Origin: a virus
Lineage: Duplodnaviria; Caudoviricetes
Length of the DNA stretch: 64,000 nucleotides
IMG/VR virus record: IMGVR_UViG_3300049486_000079
Coordinates: 1 to 64,000 of that record
Direction: 5' to 3' (one strand)
The notes beneath the pieces were generated by a model. That model saw only the letters and a program-made list of their open reading frames with translations. It ran no database searches and was not told the DNA's origin. Of the stretch, positions 15,963-25,915 are shown in pieces. The position numbers and the translations under genes were made by a program. Positions within the stretch are counted from its first letter, which is position 1. Each line of letters begins with the position of its first letter.

Positions 15963-17009
15963 TTAGGGATGATGTAACTTGCGAAGAATGAGGGCCAAGC
16001 GAGCGCGTTTCGCTTTCTTTGTAGAGCCTTTTGAAGCGCTCTTCAGCTTCTTGACCGGGATTTTCTTCCCTTGAGGCACCTTGAGGCTCTTATGAAGGGC
16101 CCCCGGCTTCTTGATCGCATGCACTATCCAGTTTTCCGACTTCTCGGCCAAAGAAAGCACAATATCTCTGGCTTTTGCAGCCTGGTCCGGATAAGAAATC
16201 AGCCGGTGAATCGACTCTTCCGCGCCGTTCATACGCGCGCGTAAAGCCGCCTCACGAACTTGCTCCTCGTCAAGGAATGCCCCCTGAAGGCTATTTGCAA
16301 TACGGTCTTGATCGCTCTCTGAGAGGCGCATCATATCCTTAAAGTCGACATCGACCATCTCACCAAGCGCCGCAAGATAGGCCGCCCAATCAAGATCTTC
16401 TTGCGAAAGAAGAGACTCCTCCTGAATACCCGACAAGCGTCTCACATCGCTGAACGCAGGGAGCCACCCCGCTTCATGCAATTCTTGCTGATCCGAGGTC
16501 AGGCCAAAACTCTCCTCTTGTGGCTCAAATGCTTTCTTGATCTTTTTCTTCGCAAGATCTACAGCAACATCTTTCGCTTTATCCTTGGCGGCAGAAATAA
16601 CACCATGCACCGCTTTACCGCCCAGCCGCAATGCGCCCCTGCCCACAGCAGCCGCACCCCGTGCAACAGCCGCTCCTCCTCGAAGAAGCGCGGCACCTGC
16701 CATACGAGCCCCTGTAGCCAGCGCAGGAAGAATCGCCTGGACAAACTCCGAAACCTCTTCAGGTTCCTGAATCTGAGCGACCTCCCAACCAGCAAGAGCA
16801 CTTTCCATACGAGGATGAGCAGAAGACGTCAGTGCTTTTTGAGAAGCACCTGAACCTTTCTTTCTCAAACCTTCCGCGAGAGCTTTAATTCTCGCAGAAG
16901 ACGACGTAGGCAGTAGCTTCTCGTCGGGAGCAGTCTCGTTCTCAGCGACGATTTGGGTAGCGCGTCGAACCTCATGAAGGTTCAATCGGCTTTCAGTTAA
17001 CCAACTCAT
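15963..17009 (-). CDS. putative head-associated/internal protein
   Basis: Alternating acidic and basic blocks; C-terminal WIVHAIKKPGALHKSLKVPQGKKIP. Confidence 0.55.
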   Translation of the reverse strand: MSWLTESRLNLHEVRRATQIVAENETAPDEKLLPTSSSARIKALAEGLRKKGSGASQKALTSSAHPRMESALAGWEVAQIQEPEEVSEFVQAILPALATGARMAGAALLRGGAAVARGAAAVGRGALRLGGKAVHGVISAAKDKAKDVAVDLAKKKIKKAFEPQEESFGLTSDQQELHEAGWLPAFSDVRRLSGIQEESLLSQEDLDWAAYLAALGEMVDVDFKDMMRLSESDQDRIANSLQGAFLDEEQVREAALRARMNGAEESIHRLISYPDQAAKARDIVLSLAEKSENWIVHAIKKPGALHKSLKVPQGKKIPVKKLKSASKGSTKKAKRARLALILRKLHHP

Positions 17010-17028
17010 AAGGTTCGCTCCCTAAATG

Positions 17029-18675
17029 TCACTTCACTCGCTTCGGGCTGCGAGCATACGGCGCGGAAGAATGCTTGGGGACTTTTGCACTCTTGTGTCC
17101 CGGCATTCCCGAATGTGCAGGAGCCGCATGCGAGAGCGCTTTCCCTGCCCGATTCGTCGGAGTCCACGGATGCTTTCCCTTCAAGCCCGCGCGTCCGTAC
17201 TTGGGATGCGCCATGACCTTATAGGACATTTCTCCGAGTGCCTGCTGAAGATCTCCCTCTTCCGCCACGAGGAGATCTTCGACGTCCACACCGAGAACCT
17301 GAGCGACGCCTTCGAGCTGCTCATCGGAAAAAGCCTCGACGGTAGTCTCTTCAGACTCTGTCTGCTCTGAAGGGACACCGCCGTTAAGCTCCTCAATGAC
17401 TGCACGAAGACGGGTAGAAATAACAGACCATTCCATATTATCAATCTCCTCATGTCGAAGAATTCGAACACCACGACGACGAGCCCATAACTGTTCTTCA
17501 GGAGAGGGCTTGCGCCTGCCTGCTTGATTCGTATTAGTCTGCTTTGCGCTGAGAGAGGCCTTCACCTGCTCGCGCTTCGCAGCGACCGGTGCAGGGGGCT
17601 TACCAGGCTGCACTCTGGTTTTAGCCGAAGCTTTACGTGCTTGCTCCTTTGCTACCCATTCCTTATGCCTCTCGCCTGCCTGTTTCTGCCTTGCCTTCAA
17701 TCTTTGCAAAGCAGCTTGAGAAGCTTGCTTGGATTTAAGCCGCCGAGCTGCGTCCTCCCCTGAAGCAGGCTTTTCAGACGACTGTTTCTGCTGCGCAAGT
17801 TTTCCCTTCACAGCTCCACGAACAGCTTCTATGTTCTTGCGAGTACCCTCCAAGGAGGATCGATCCGCTGAACGCGTTTTAGACAACGAAGTCTTCGAAA
17901 CTGTACCAGCTACAGTCTTACCCGGTTTTGACAAAGATGTCTTTGACAAGGTGTCTGTAACGGTCTTATGCCTCGGGAGATGCAACGAGGTCTTCGAAAC
18001 CGTATCGGCTACAGTCTTAGCCGGCATCGAAGAAGGTCGGGCTCCCGACGTAGCATCCGGTTTTGGCGTTGTACCCGTCTTCTTGCCCTTCAAAAACGAC
18101 GAAATAGCCCGCTTAATGGCGGAAGCACCTTTTCTGGGGGCCCGCCCAGACGGCCGTGGAGCGCTCTCCCCTGACTTAGATCTGATCAGGCTAGGCGCCA
18201 TCCTCTCCATTTTCCGGATAACTTTACGGCGCTGCTTCTCTTTACCTTCAGGACTGTCCAGCCAATTAGAGGCTAAACGGCCTGCCGCTTCCCTGTGCTT
18301 CTGCGCAAGCTTATGCTCCCCTTGCTTAGCAAGAAACTTGGCCTTCTTAACGTGAAACCCGAGTTCGGTCTTAGGCAGCTTTTCACGCGGCAACGGCTTT
18401 CTTTCTTTCTTGCCAGAAAGCTTCCGCTTCAGAGCACCCGCAAACGACTTCAGCTTCGCCCCGGCCTTCGAAAGAAGACCCTCGTCCAAAGACGACAAAT
18501 AAGCCTCGATGAAGAAGTCAAGATCTTCTTCATCGGAAGCACTAACATCGCTCTCGGTTAAACCGTACGTGCTGTCCAAAAAAACAAGAAAGGCCTCTTC
18601 GCTAAGAGGATCCCCGGGCACAAGAAGAGAGTCGTTCATATCCGTAATAAGACTATGTAATGCCGAGTTCATCAC
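17029..18675 (-). CDS. Lys-rich low-complexity protein, putative internal protein
   Basis: Acidic N-terminus ending SLDE, then a long basic region; three KTVxxTxSKTSL repeats. Confidence 0.6.
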   Translation of the reverse strand: MMNSALHSLITDMNDSLLVPGDPLSEEAFLVFLDSTYGLTESDVSASDEEDLDFFIEAYLSSLDEGLLSKAGAKLKSFAGALKRKLSGKKERKPLPREKLPKTELGFHVKKAKFLAKQGEHKLAQKHREAAGRLASNWLDSPEGKEKQRRKVIRKMERMAPSLIRSKSGESAPRPSGRAPRKGASAIKRAISSFLKGKKTGTTPKPDATSGARPSSMPAKTVADTVSKTSLHLPRHKTVTDTLSKTSLSKPGKTVAGTVSKTSLSKTRSADRSSLEGTRKNIEAVRGAVKGKLAQQKQSSEKPASGEDAARRLKSKQASQAALQRLKARQKQAGERHKEWVAKEQARKASAKTRVQPGKPPAPVAAKREQVKASLSAKQTNTNQAGRRKPSPEEQLWARRRGVRILRHEEIDNMEWSVISTRLRAVIEELNGGVPSEQTESEETTVEAFSDEQLEGVAQVLGVDVEDLLVAEEGDLQQALGEMSYKVMAHPKYGRAGLKGKHPWTPTNRAGKALSHAAPAHSGMPGHKSAKVPKHSSAPYARSPKRVK

Positions 18676-19649
18676 GGCCCCCTTGAAGAAGAAGACACCG
18701 AAGGCTTCGTCAGAAGTCGCTTAGGCTTCTTTGGTGTAACCAAAGTTTTTGTCGGATTGACCTGTGTCTTCGCCGCAGTCGAAGATGTCGTCGTAGGGGA
18801 AGCTGAAGCGTTGTTCTTCTTCCGAACAGCATATGCCTTCGCCGCCAATTTCGAAGGATCAATATCTGTCTTTACCTTCGGTTTCGACTGCTGCTGTGCG
18901 GCCAGGTGCCGTGCTGCTAACTCTCCTGGGGCATTAGCCGCACGATGGGCCTTATATTTACCCCAAGCTGCCTTAGCGCCTGCTTTGAGGGCCTGCTTGG
19001 CTTTCTCACCCACAGTAAAATCGCCCCGAGCCTGGCGGGCCTTCTGCATTTCATCTGCCGAAGACTTTGCTGTCGAAATCTGATCCCGCAGAGCCTCGAT
19101 ATCCTGCCTACGCTTCTGCTTATTCACTTGGCCTTGTAAATACTTCTTGTGCGCCCACCCTGCGACTTTTTTAGCCGCAAGCGCCCCGCCAAGAACAGCA
19201 AGCGTTCCGAGGATCTCGTCCAGTTGCTTCTGCTGCCCTGCATCGCTCATCCGCTGAGCAGCATCGAAAGTCTCCTCAGCAGTCAGACCAAGCTTAGCAG
19301 TATGAGCCAAAAGCTCGTCGAGCGCCCCGTCGCTACAATCTTCCAATGCAGGAGGGACCTCTGGTAAAGAAGACTCGTCCATCTCCTTCGTCGCCGCCTT
19401 ATCGAGCTTGCGCCGCTCTCGTGAGGTCACCTTTTTCGCAAACCGCCTGCCCCCCAAAGAAGTATGCTTCTTGGAGAGGTTGTACATACTGGACTTGGCA
19501 AGCCCTGTATGCTTCGCAATGCGGTCCGTGTTCCCGCCCGAAGCTTCAGGCAGATCGTCCGCATGGGCTACTTGCTGCGGCTCGATCAGCTCCGGACGGT
19601 TTTCCATGCGAAGTAAAATAGACTCAAACTCAAGCAAATAATCTTTCAT
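18672..19649 (-). CDS. Lys/Ala-rich protein, putative internal protein
   Basis: Acidic-to-basic switches after LPE and LDE. Confidence 0.6.
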   Translation of the reverse strand: MKDYLLEFESILLRMENRPELIEPQQVAHADDLPEASGGNTDRIAKHTGLAKSSMYNLSKKHTSLGGRRFAKKVTSRERRKLDKAATKEMDESSLPEVPPALEDCSDGALDELLAHTAKLGLTAEETFDAAQRMSDAGQQKQLDEILGTLAVLGGALAAKKVAGWAHKKYLQGQVNKQKRRQDIEALRDQISTAKSSADEMQKARQARGDFTVGEKAKQALKAGAKAAWGKYKAHRAANAPGELAARHLAAQQQSKPKVKTDIDPSKLAAKAYAVRKKNNASASPTTTSSTAAKTQVNPTKTLVTPKKPKRLLTKPSVSSSSRGP

Positions 19650-19667
19650 AAGGTCTCTCCTGGAAAG

Positions 19668-19943
19668 CTACTCGCGCACCAGTCGACGGGCCTTGGCTAC
19701 CAGCTTTCTGAGCGAAGAACTCTCCTCAAGCACTTTCCGGCGCATTCTTACGAATTCAAAAAGGCTGTCAAGCCGGGTCGGATCAAGCTTGCCCCGATGA
19801 ACTGCGAGACGCACGGCTCCTTCGGACATCTCCAGAAGATGAGAGAGATCTCCGTAGGTATATTCGACAGTAAACCGCTTGGGGCCTCGTTCGGCATGAC
19901 GCCCGAGCGAGGCGCGCGGATTCTCACCAGGCTTCAAAGCCAC
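19668..19943 (-). CDS. HTH DNA-binding protein
   Basis: YTYGDLSHLLEMSEGAVRLAVHRGKL. Confidence 0.6.
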   Translation of the reverse strand: MALKPGENPRASLGRHAERGPKRFTVEYTYGDLSHLLEMSEGAVRLAVHRGKLDPTRLDSLFEFVRMRRKVLEESSSLRKLVAKARRLVRE

Positions 19944-19951
19944 GACTACAG

Positions 19952-19980
19952 TTGTTACAGCCCTAGGAGAACCGTGTCAA
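19952..19980 (-). promoter_or_regulatory. sigma70-type promoter, leaderless
   Basis: TTGACA-N17-TAACAA, GTG 8 nt downstream. Confidence 0.6.
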
Positions 19981-20015
19981 GGGGAGGCAGAGGGAAAGCG
20001 AGGGGTGCTGCCTAG

Positions 20016-23000
20016 CTACTTACACTTGGAGTAGCCGCACGATGTGCAACGCACGCAGCCCTCCTGATAAACCAGCTCTGCTGCGCCACAGAGCTTACAG
20101 CCTTTCTCGCTCGCCGACCGGACCCCATCGATAATATAGTCTTTGAGGACCCTGGCCAGGCTCTTGGCGAGCGTATGGAACTCCGAGGAACGCTCTTTCA
20201 GAAGCTGTTCGACAATGTAATGGACGGGGACTCCGTGGCGAAGCGCAGTCGACGTCACCCGCGTAAAGGCAGAGTGGGTCGGATGATCGAGGGTCGCCAC
20301 AATGTCCTTGACCACGATCTTGCCTACATGGAGATCGTAACTGGAAGACGCCTTCTTGTTTTTGACAACAAGACCCTTCGGTAAATCTCTAGGAATATCA
20401 AGAAGGGAAGAAGACAAGCCGCCGAAAACCTCGTAGGGGCGGTTCTCTAAAAGGCCGACAATAAAGACCCACTCGGTGTTGCAATCATTCTCCCGTGTGT
20501 GAGTGAACTTGATATCGCAAGCCAGGAACGGAGGGCGCTTAGGCGCCTCGTGCTCTTCGAGACGTTGCGGCCGGGATCCTTTTTTGTTTTTCTGCGCTTC
20601 CGAAGCGTCCAACAAAACTCCCGAACGAGACCCCTCTCGATAAATCGTGAAGCCCTTGCATCCTGCCTGCCACGCTCGGAAATAGACATTGCTGACCAGC
20701 TCTCGTGTCGCTTCCTTTGGAAGGTTCGCCGTCTTGCTGATGGAATGGGAAATCCAGCGCTGAGCCGCTGCCTGAATATCTACAGAAGCCATCCAGTCGA
20801 CATCGCGAGAGGTCGCCTTCCAATAAGGGCTTTCTTCGACGTCTTTCTTTCCGGTCACCTCCATCCACTTCTCAAAGCCAGGATGATAGACCGTGTATTC
20901 CTGCCATTTATCTCCAATTTCATCCACGAAGTCGACTCTGACGTTCGGGTTGTCTCCCCGGACTTTCCGTCTCCGTGTGTGTTTCAAGAGATAAACAGGC
21001 TCAATTCCAGAGGTCGTACGGGTAAGCGTCGATACCGATCCTACAGGAGCCGTTGTCGTCGTCGCGATATTCCGTCTTCCATAGAGACGCCACAGAGCAT
21101 AGACATCAGGCGAGGCATGGAAAATTCGATTAAGGTACGGATTATCCTGCTCGCGATCATGACGAAAGACGGGGAAGGCCCCTCTCTCCTTTGCGAGAAG
21201 GCAACTCTGCATCTCTACAGCGCATCCTAGAGCCCCGTAGATGGCCTCGGTCATCTCAATCGACTCTGGAGAGCCGTATCGAAGATTCAAGGCCGCCAGG
21301 GTGTCTCCGAGCGCTGTGACCCCTAGCCCCGTACGTCGACCCCGCTCATTCGCCGCACGCACCTTGTGCCAGAGGCTCAGCTCGATAGCCTTGATCTCCT
21401 CGGACTCTGCATCCGATTCTACCTTGGCAATAATTCGATCGAGCTTCTCCAGCTCCAGATCGACAAGATCGTCCATGAGCCGCTGAGCTTTCTGGGCATG
21501 CTCCTTAAACAACTCGAAATCGAAATAGGCGTCGGGCTCGAACGCCCTCTCCACATACGAGATTGTATTCAACACCATCAAACGGCATGCATCGTAAGGA
21601 GAGAGCGGGATCTCTGCACAATTAGATACGAGTACGCCCCCTGTCCAATACGTGTGCTCTTCGCAATCCACGGTGAGGTCGAAGACCTCATGGACCCCGC
21701 ACACTTCCGTCGAAAGAATCGGAAGTGTTTCCTGATCCCGGAAGCGCTCGCTGATCCAGTTAAGCGAAGCGATACGATCGACCGCTGCCTGACGATCTTT
21801 CTGAATAAACCCGATCAGATCACGGAAGCGAGCGCAATCTTCTCCGATGGACAGCTCGTGGCCGTCCACACTCTCATAGACATTCCCCTGCTCGTCGGTA
21901 AACAGCCGCGTCTGCTGCAATGAATAGACAGAATTAATCCCCAAGGTCGAAAGGAGGTGCTGGACAGAGAAGATCAGCTCGGAGCTAGTGCTGCGGAGAA
22001 ACACGCGCGAACGCTTTGGCGATTCGTAGACACGTCCCAAGGTGGAGAAGAGCCCTCGAAGAAAGCCGCGTGTCTGCTCCTCAGAGCCCACCATGTACTC
22101 TGAGGGAACAGGACGCAGCTCTGGGACTGTCCTGACCGCCTTCTGAACCGAAGCAGACAAATCACAAGGCCTCAATCGCCAAAAAAACTCATTCCCTCGT
22201 AGCTTCTCATCCACAAAGGACCGCACGGTCCGATCTTTGAAGAGATCTTCCAAATCATTGGCACCTACGAATAAAGCATCGCACAAAGCACGCGTGTCGA
22301 AAAAACCCGCGCCGACCAAGAGACCGTCCCTGAGAGCAGCAGGATCGACTTCTTTTTCGGCATCGATCTTTTCCTTGGGGGAATAGGCATTATCAATAGA
22401 GGTCGCATAGCGCACCTCGACCTTCTCCCGTGCCTGAACGACGCGATGCTCTTCCGTGCCGTAGAAAACTCCTGCGGCAGTCCGGTAACCGAAGACAGGC
22501 TTAAGCCCTGTGCTCCATTTATTCAGGACGCGCGTCCATTTCTTGCCCGACCAGATCACATCGCCTATCTGAAGCTGCCCTATCGACTTCAGCCCTTTGG
22601 GCGTGAGCACAAGAGCCCAGGCCGGCTGACAAGGATTGGTAGAATGCGACTTGAATCCTTCCTCCTCATAGCAATCAGAAGGGGTCTCGCGCCGAATCGT
22701 ATCCCAGAATAAAAGCCCCGGCTCCGCGCTATCCCAAGCAGCATCGATAATCTTGTCCCAGATCTCTCTTGCCCGCACCGTACGAACAATCTTCGGATCC
22801 GGAACATCTATCGGCCACTGAAGCTGGAAATCCTGATCGTCCTGAACCGCTCTCATGAAGTCATCGGTAATCCGGATCGAGAGATTCGCTCCTGTGACCT
22901 TTTTACGATCTCGCTTGATATCGACGAAGGTCAGAATCTCGGGATGCTTAATATGAATCGAAAGCATCAACGCGCCACGACGACCTCCCTGAGCGACCTC

Positions 23001-23591
23001 ACGGCAGGTATTAGAGAATCGCTCCATGAAAATACTAATGCCGTCTGTCGTGCGCGCCGCGTTTGCCGTCTTCATGCCCTTCGGACGGATACTGGAGATA
23101 TCGAAACCGACACCCCCACGACGCTTCATAATCTGCGCTTGTTCTTGATCTGTGAAAAGGATACCAGAGTAGCTGTCTGTCGGCGTAGGGAGAACGTAGC
23201 AATTACTAGCGCTCTCGTAGGTGTAGTTGTTCCCGATCGCGTGCATGGGAGATCCCTGGGCGACGACATATCGGAACGAATCCATGAGGCTAAATATCTC
23301 GTCCTCCGAAAGACCATTGGGGTATTTTGCCTCGATACGAGCAAACTCTCTGGCAAGCCTCCGGTGCATGTCCTGTGGCGTCAGCTCGACAAACCGCCCC
23401 TCCTGATCTTGTAGCGCGTATTTGTCGGTGAAAACATCGGCTGCTAACTGATCTCCATGAAAATAAGCGAGAGACGCCTCATAGACCTCTTGGCGAGTGT
23501 AATAAGAATCTCTTGCTTTTGCAGGCTCTGGAAAGGAAGGGAAAGAAATAGCCGAAACCACAGAGAGACCTCCTGGTTGGTGAGGGGACAT
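20016..23591 (-). CDS. nrdJ: class II (AdoCbl-dependent) ribonucleotide reductase, intein-containing
   Basis: SNCYV, RRGGVG, QGGRRGALM, STNP|CAEIPL, GRRTGLG, RRNIA..TAPVG, SISKTANLP, GCKGFTIYREGSR, C-terminal Zn ribbon. Confidence 0.93.
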   Translation of the reverse strand: MSPHQPGGLSVVSAISFPSFPEPAKARDSYYTRQEVYEASLAYFHGDQLAADVFTDKYALQDQEGRFVELTPQDMHRRLAREFARIEAKYPNGLSEDEIFSLMDSFRYVVAQGSPMHAIGNNYTYESASNCYVLPTPTDSYSGILFTDQEQAQIMKRRGGVGFDISSIRPKGMKTANAARTTDGISIFMERFSNTCREVAQGGRRGALMLSIHIKHPEILTFVDIKRDRKKVTGANLSIRITDDFMRAVQDDQDFQLQWPIDVPDPKIVRTVRAREIWDKIIDAAWDSAEPGLLFWDTIRRETPSDCYEEEGFKSHSTNPCQPAWALVLTPKGLKSIGQLQIGDVIWSGKKWTRVLNKWSTGLKPVFGYRTAAGVFYGTEEHRVVQAREKVEVRYATSIDNAYSPKEKIDAEKEVDPAALRDGLLVGAGFFDTRALCDALFVGANDLEDLFKDRTVRSFVDEKLRGNEFFWRLRPCDLSASVQKAVRTVPELRPVPSEYMVGSEEQTRGFLRGLFSTLGRVYESPKRSRVFLRSTSSELIFSVQHLLSTLGINSVYSLQQTRLFTDEQGNVYESVDGHELSIGEDCARFRDLIGFIQKDRQAAVDRIASLNWISERFRDQETLPILSTEVCGVHEVFDLTVDCEEHTYWTGGVLVSNCAEIPLSPYDACRLMVLNTISYVERAFEPDAYFDFELFKEHAQKAQRLMDDLVDLELEKLDRIIAKVESDAESEEIKAIELSLWHKVRAANERGRRTGLGVTALGDTLAALNLRYGSPESIEMTEAIYGALGCAVEMQSCLLAKERGAFPVFRHDREQDNPYLNRIFHASPDVYALWRLYGRRNIATTTTAPVGSVSTLTRTTSGIEPVYLLKHTRRRKVRGDNPNVRVDFVDEIGDKWQEYTVYHPGFEKWMEVTGKKDVEESPYWKATSRDVDWMASVDIQAAAQRWISHSISKTANLPKEATRELVSNVYFRAWQAGCKGFTIYREGSRSGVLLDASEAQKNKKGSRPQRLEEHEAPKRPPFLACDIKFTHTRENDCNTEWVFIVGLLENRPYEVFGGLSSSLLDIPRDLPKGLVVKNKKASSSYDLHVGKIVVKDIVATLDHPTHSAFTRVTSTALRHGVPVHYIVEQLLKERSSEFHTLAKSLARVLKDYIIDGVRSASEKGCKLCGAAELVYQEGCVRCTSCGYSKCK
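21621..22631 (-). mobile_element. intein (337 aa) with degenerate LAGLIDADG-like domain
   Basis: Begins CQPAWALV after STNP and ends VFDLTV..EHTYWTGGVLVSN before Cys; contains a TEEH block-B motif. Confidence 0.9.
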
Positions 23592-23599
23592 TGGGTCGA

Positions 23600-23628
23600 T
23601 TATTACAAGACACGTCAGGAAACCAGAA
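23600..23628 (-). promoter_or_regulatory. putative promoter for leaderless nrdJ
   Basis: ggcTTCTGG-N17-TAATAA, ATG 8 nt downstream. Confidence 0.45.
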
Positions 23629-23871
23629 GCCAGAAGGCTTGTAATTTCTAGACGTAGTCATGAGAGCGGTGGGGGCCCAGAGACGTAGCGCCTGAGCCCA
23701 GGAGATCTGGTGTCGCTCTACTCGGCTCTCGTGTCAAGATCCGGATGATCCTTTAGCAGAAGATGTGAAGTAAGCGCAAAAAAGCACGCTTCCTCGCCGT
23801 ATCTTCAAGGGTCTAAGGCTTATTTAGAGGGAATGGTACAAGCCTTAATTACTGTAAAAATGAATATCAGA

Positions 23872-24069
23872 TCAAGCGTGCTTCGAGCATTCCTGGACCA
23901 GTTCATGCACCAGCTCACGAACCTCGCAAGCTGCCGTCGAAAGCCGCTTGCTGTCAAGCGATACTTCGCAAATTAGTCGAATAAAAAGCTCGACATACTT
24001 GTCTGCCCACACTGGGACAGTGGACTCTTCCTCGGTCATGACCCTGAGCACCTTCGGCGAACTAGCCAA
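23872..24069 (-). CDS. hypothetical protein
   Basis: Short ORF; start may be MTEEES. Confidence 0.45.
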   Translation of the reverse strand: MASSPKVLRVMTEEESTVPVWADKYVELFIRLICEVSLDSKRLSTAACEVRELVHELVQECSKHA

Positions 24070-24242
24070 GAATCGTAGATGAGCTTCAGCACTTGGTTTA
24101 GTTCCCCTGCTGTTAGAATACGACGATACCGTCCGGAGAGCCTAATCGTCGGCTTACCCTGTGTGGATATCTCCACGGTCCCTGTAACTAGACGATGGAG
24201 TCCGTGACTGTGTTTTAGTACTATTGTAATTCGGTCGGTCAT
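24036..24242 (-). CDS. hypothetical protein
   Basis: Starts right after the upstream stop. Confidence 0.5.
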   Translation of the reverse strand: MTDRITIVLKHSHGLHRLVTGTVEISTQGKPTIRLSGRYRRILTAGELNQVLKLIYDSWLVRRRCSGS

Positions 24243-24854
24243 TTAGAGCTTCCCGTATAGCTCAAGATAACGAAGGCGCATAGTAAAAAATAACTCTTGA
24301 GCTGTCTTTTTGTTCTCGGATTTACGCGACGGGCTCTGGCTAACCACTCTAGGAAGAAAATTATAGACGTACTCGTAGAACAACGAAGAACGTCCTGCGG
24401 ACTTAAAATCGCCTTGCCCCCGTGCAAGGCCATTCTGCCTAAGAGAGTCCCCTCTGCGCAACTGCCTCACGACAATAACATACTGCGTTGGACGAAACGA
24501 GAACAAATTACGTACATCCAAGGTGCTATTGATCCTATGAAGCTCACCCTCATGTAAAACACGACCGGTAGGATGGTAGCATCCAGTACAGTAGCCTGTG
24601 TAATCTACGACTTCAATCGTAAAATCCATCAGCTTATTGTAATAAGCTGGAAAACGAACTTTCATCTCGTCTGCGATAATATCCAGCGCTTCCTCTAGGC
24701 CCAGCCAAGGATCGACTGCTCCGTGGCTGTACGAAATCTTCACGGAGCGGTAATAATACGAACGCTTGCAGGGGCGAGGGCTCTCTGGAATACAGAAATT
24801 AGCGATGATGACGGCGCAAAGGAGAATTCCGATCACAAGGTCGAAGGGAATCAT
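24243..24854 (-). CDS. hypothetical protein with N-terminal TM
   Basis: MIPFDLVIGILLCAVIIANF. Confidence 0.6.
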   Translation of the reverse strand: MIPFDLVIGILLCAVIIANFCIPESPRPCKRSYYYRSVKISYSHGAVDPWLGLEEALDIIADEMKVRFPAYYNKLMDFTIEVVDYTGYCTGCYHPTGRVLHEGELHRINSTLDVRNLFSFRPTQYVIVVRQLRRGDSLRQNGLARGQGDFKSAGRSSLFYEYVYNFLPRVVSQSPSRKSENKKTAQELFFTMRLRYLELYGKL

Positions 24855-24866
24855 CCGTGCGCTCTC

Positions 24867-25256
24867 TTACAATCTCAGAGGCGCCCTGGGGCCTGCATTG
24901 GGATTGAGAAACCTAGAAACTTCGACGTCAGGATCCACGACCAAGGCGACCTCGATTTCTCGTAGCCACCCCACAAAGGTGCCGTCTTGTAGACCCTTCC
25001 AACGCGAAAGATACAACCGTTGGAAACAGATATGATCCCCTGGCTGAAGAACCGACCGAGGCCCTGCTGCAAGAACAATTGCTCTCATGAGTCGTAAATG
25101 AAGAGGCCCGTCGTAGAAATTCTGATCGCTTGGCGCAAACCAGATCCCGCCCTCGGTCTGTTGACTTGGTTTGACTGTCCGAAGAAAGACCAGGTCACGC
25201 AAAGGGCGCACTCGGGTTCCCAGCTCCTGCCAGGTCTCTTCCACAAAATCCGTCAT
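24867..25256 (-). CDS. groES: GroES-like co-chaperonin
   Basis: VRPLRDLVFL...QTEGGIW...AIVLAAGP...PGDHI. Confidence 0.75.
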   Translation of the reverse strand: MTDFVEETWQELGTRVRPLRDLVFLRTVKPSQQTEGGIWFAPSDQNFYDGPLHLRLMRAIVLAAGPRSVLQPGDHICFQRLYLSRWKGLQDGTFVGWLREIEVALVVDPDVEVSRFLNPNAGPRAPLRL

Positions 25257-25262
25257 ACTACC

Positions 25263-25607
25263 TCACATAAAAAACAAGGAGATGAAAATGCGACGGGACC
25301 GTGTGGTCCTCATCGACCGGGTATGAACTGACGGAGATTCATCTTTGGAAAGCCGGACTTTGTCAAGCTCCCCAATAACCTCTCGCAAGATCCTGAACTG
25401 CTCGGTTTTAGCTGGATCTCCCTCATGAAGATCCGGGTGAAGCTCTTTCGCCAACGAACGAAATTTTAGTTTGGCTTTTCGCTTCAGCGCTTGTAAGAGC
25501 TTCACAGCTTCGTCATAAGACGAGGCCTGAGTCAGCTTCTCAATATCGCCTCGCGTAACGCCTAGCGAAGTCAAGCCTGCTATAAGCTGGGATTCAGTGA
25601 GCGTCAC
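25263..25607 (-). CDS. small J-domain protein
   Basis: FRSLAKELHPDLHEGD..KTEQFR (HPD motif). Confidence 0.8.
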   Translation of the reverse strand: MTLTESQLIAGLTSLGVTRGDIEKLTQASSYDEAVKLLQALKRKAKLKFRSLAKELHPDLHEGDPAKTEQFRILREVIGELDKVRLSKDESPSVHTRSMRTTRSRRIFISLFFM

Positions 25608-25915
25608 TTGAGCGACCTCAGGAAATCAGCAAGAGCCTTCCGTCGCTCAGGACCATCACTGATACGACCAATCCTGTCAAGAATCTCTTTCTGACCCTGA
25701 GCCTTGACCCTGACCTCGACCTTTTTTAAGAGCGCCGCTTCTGTCGCTGTATCGAGTTTCTCCTGGATCACATTAGGAACTTGGATTGTCGAAGGTATGT
25801 CGCCCTTGGCTGCTCGGGTCCTCCCTAGAAATCGAACAATAATAAACAAGACGACGCTGGCCGCCGCGACAATAGCCCACCAAAACCGGCGAGCTTCTGC
25901 CAGAAAAATACTCAT
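25604..25915 (-). CDS. single-TM protein (i-spanin-like topology)
   Basis: N-terminal TM followed by a helical domain. Confidence 0.5.
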   Translation of the reverse strand: MSIFLAEARRFWWAIVAAASVVLFIIVRFLGRTRAAKGDIPSTIQVPNVIQEKLDTATEAALLKKVEVRVKAQGQKEILDRIGRISDGPERRKALADFLRSLK

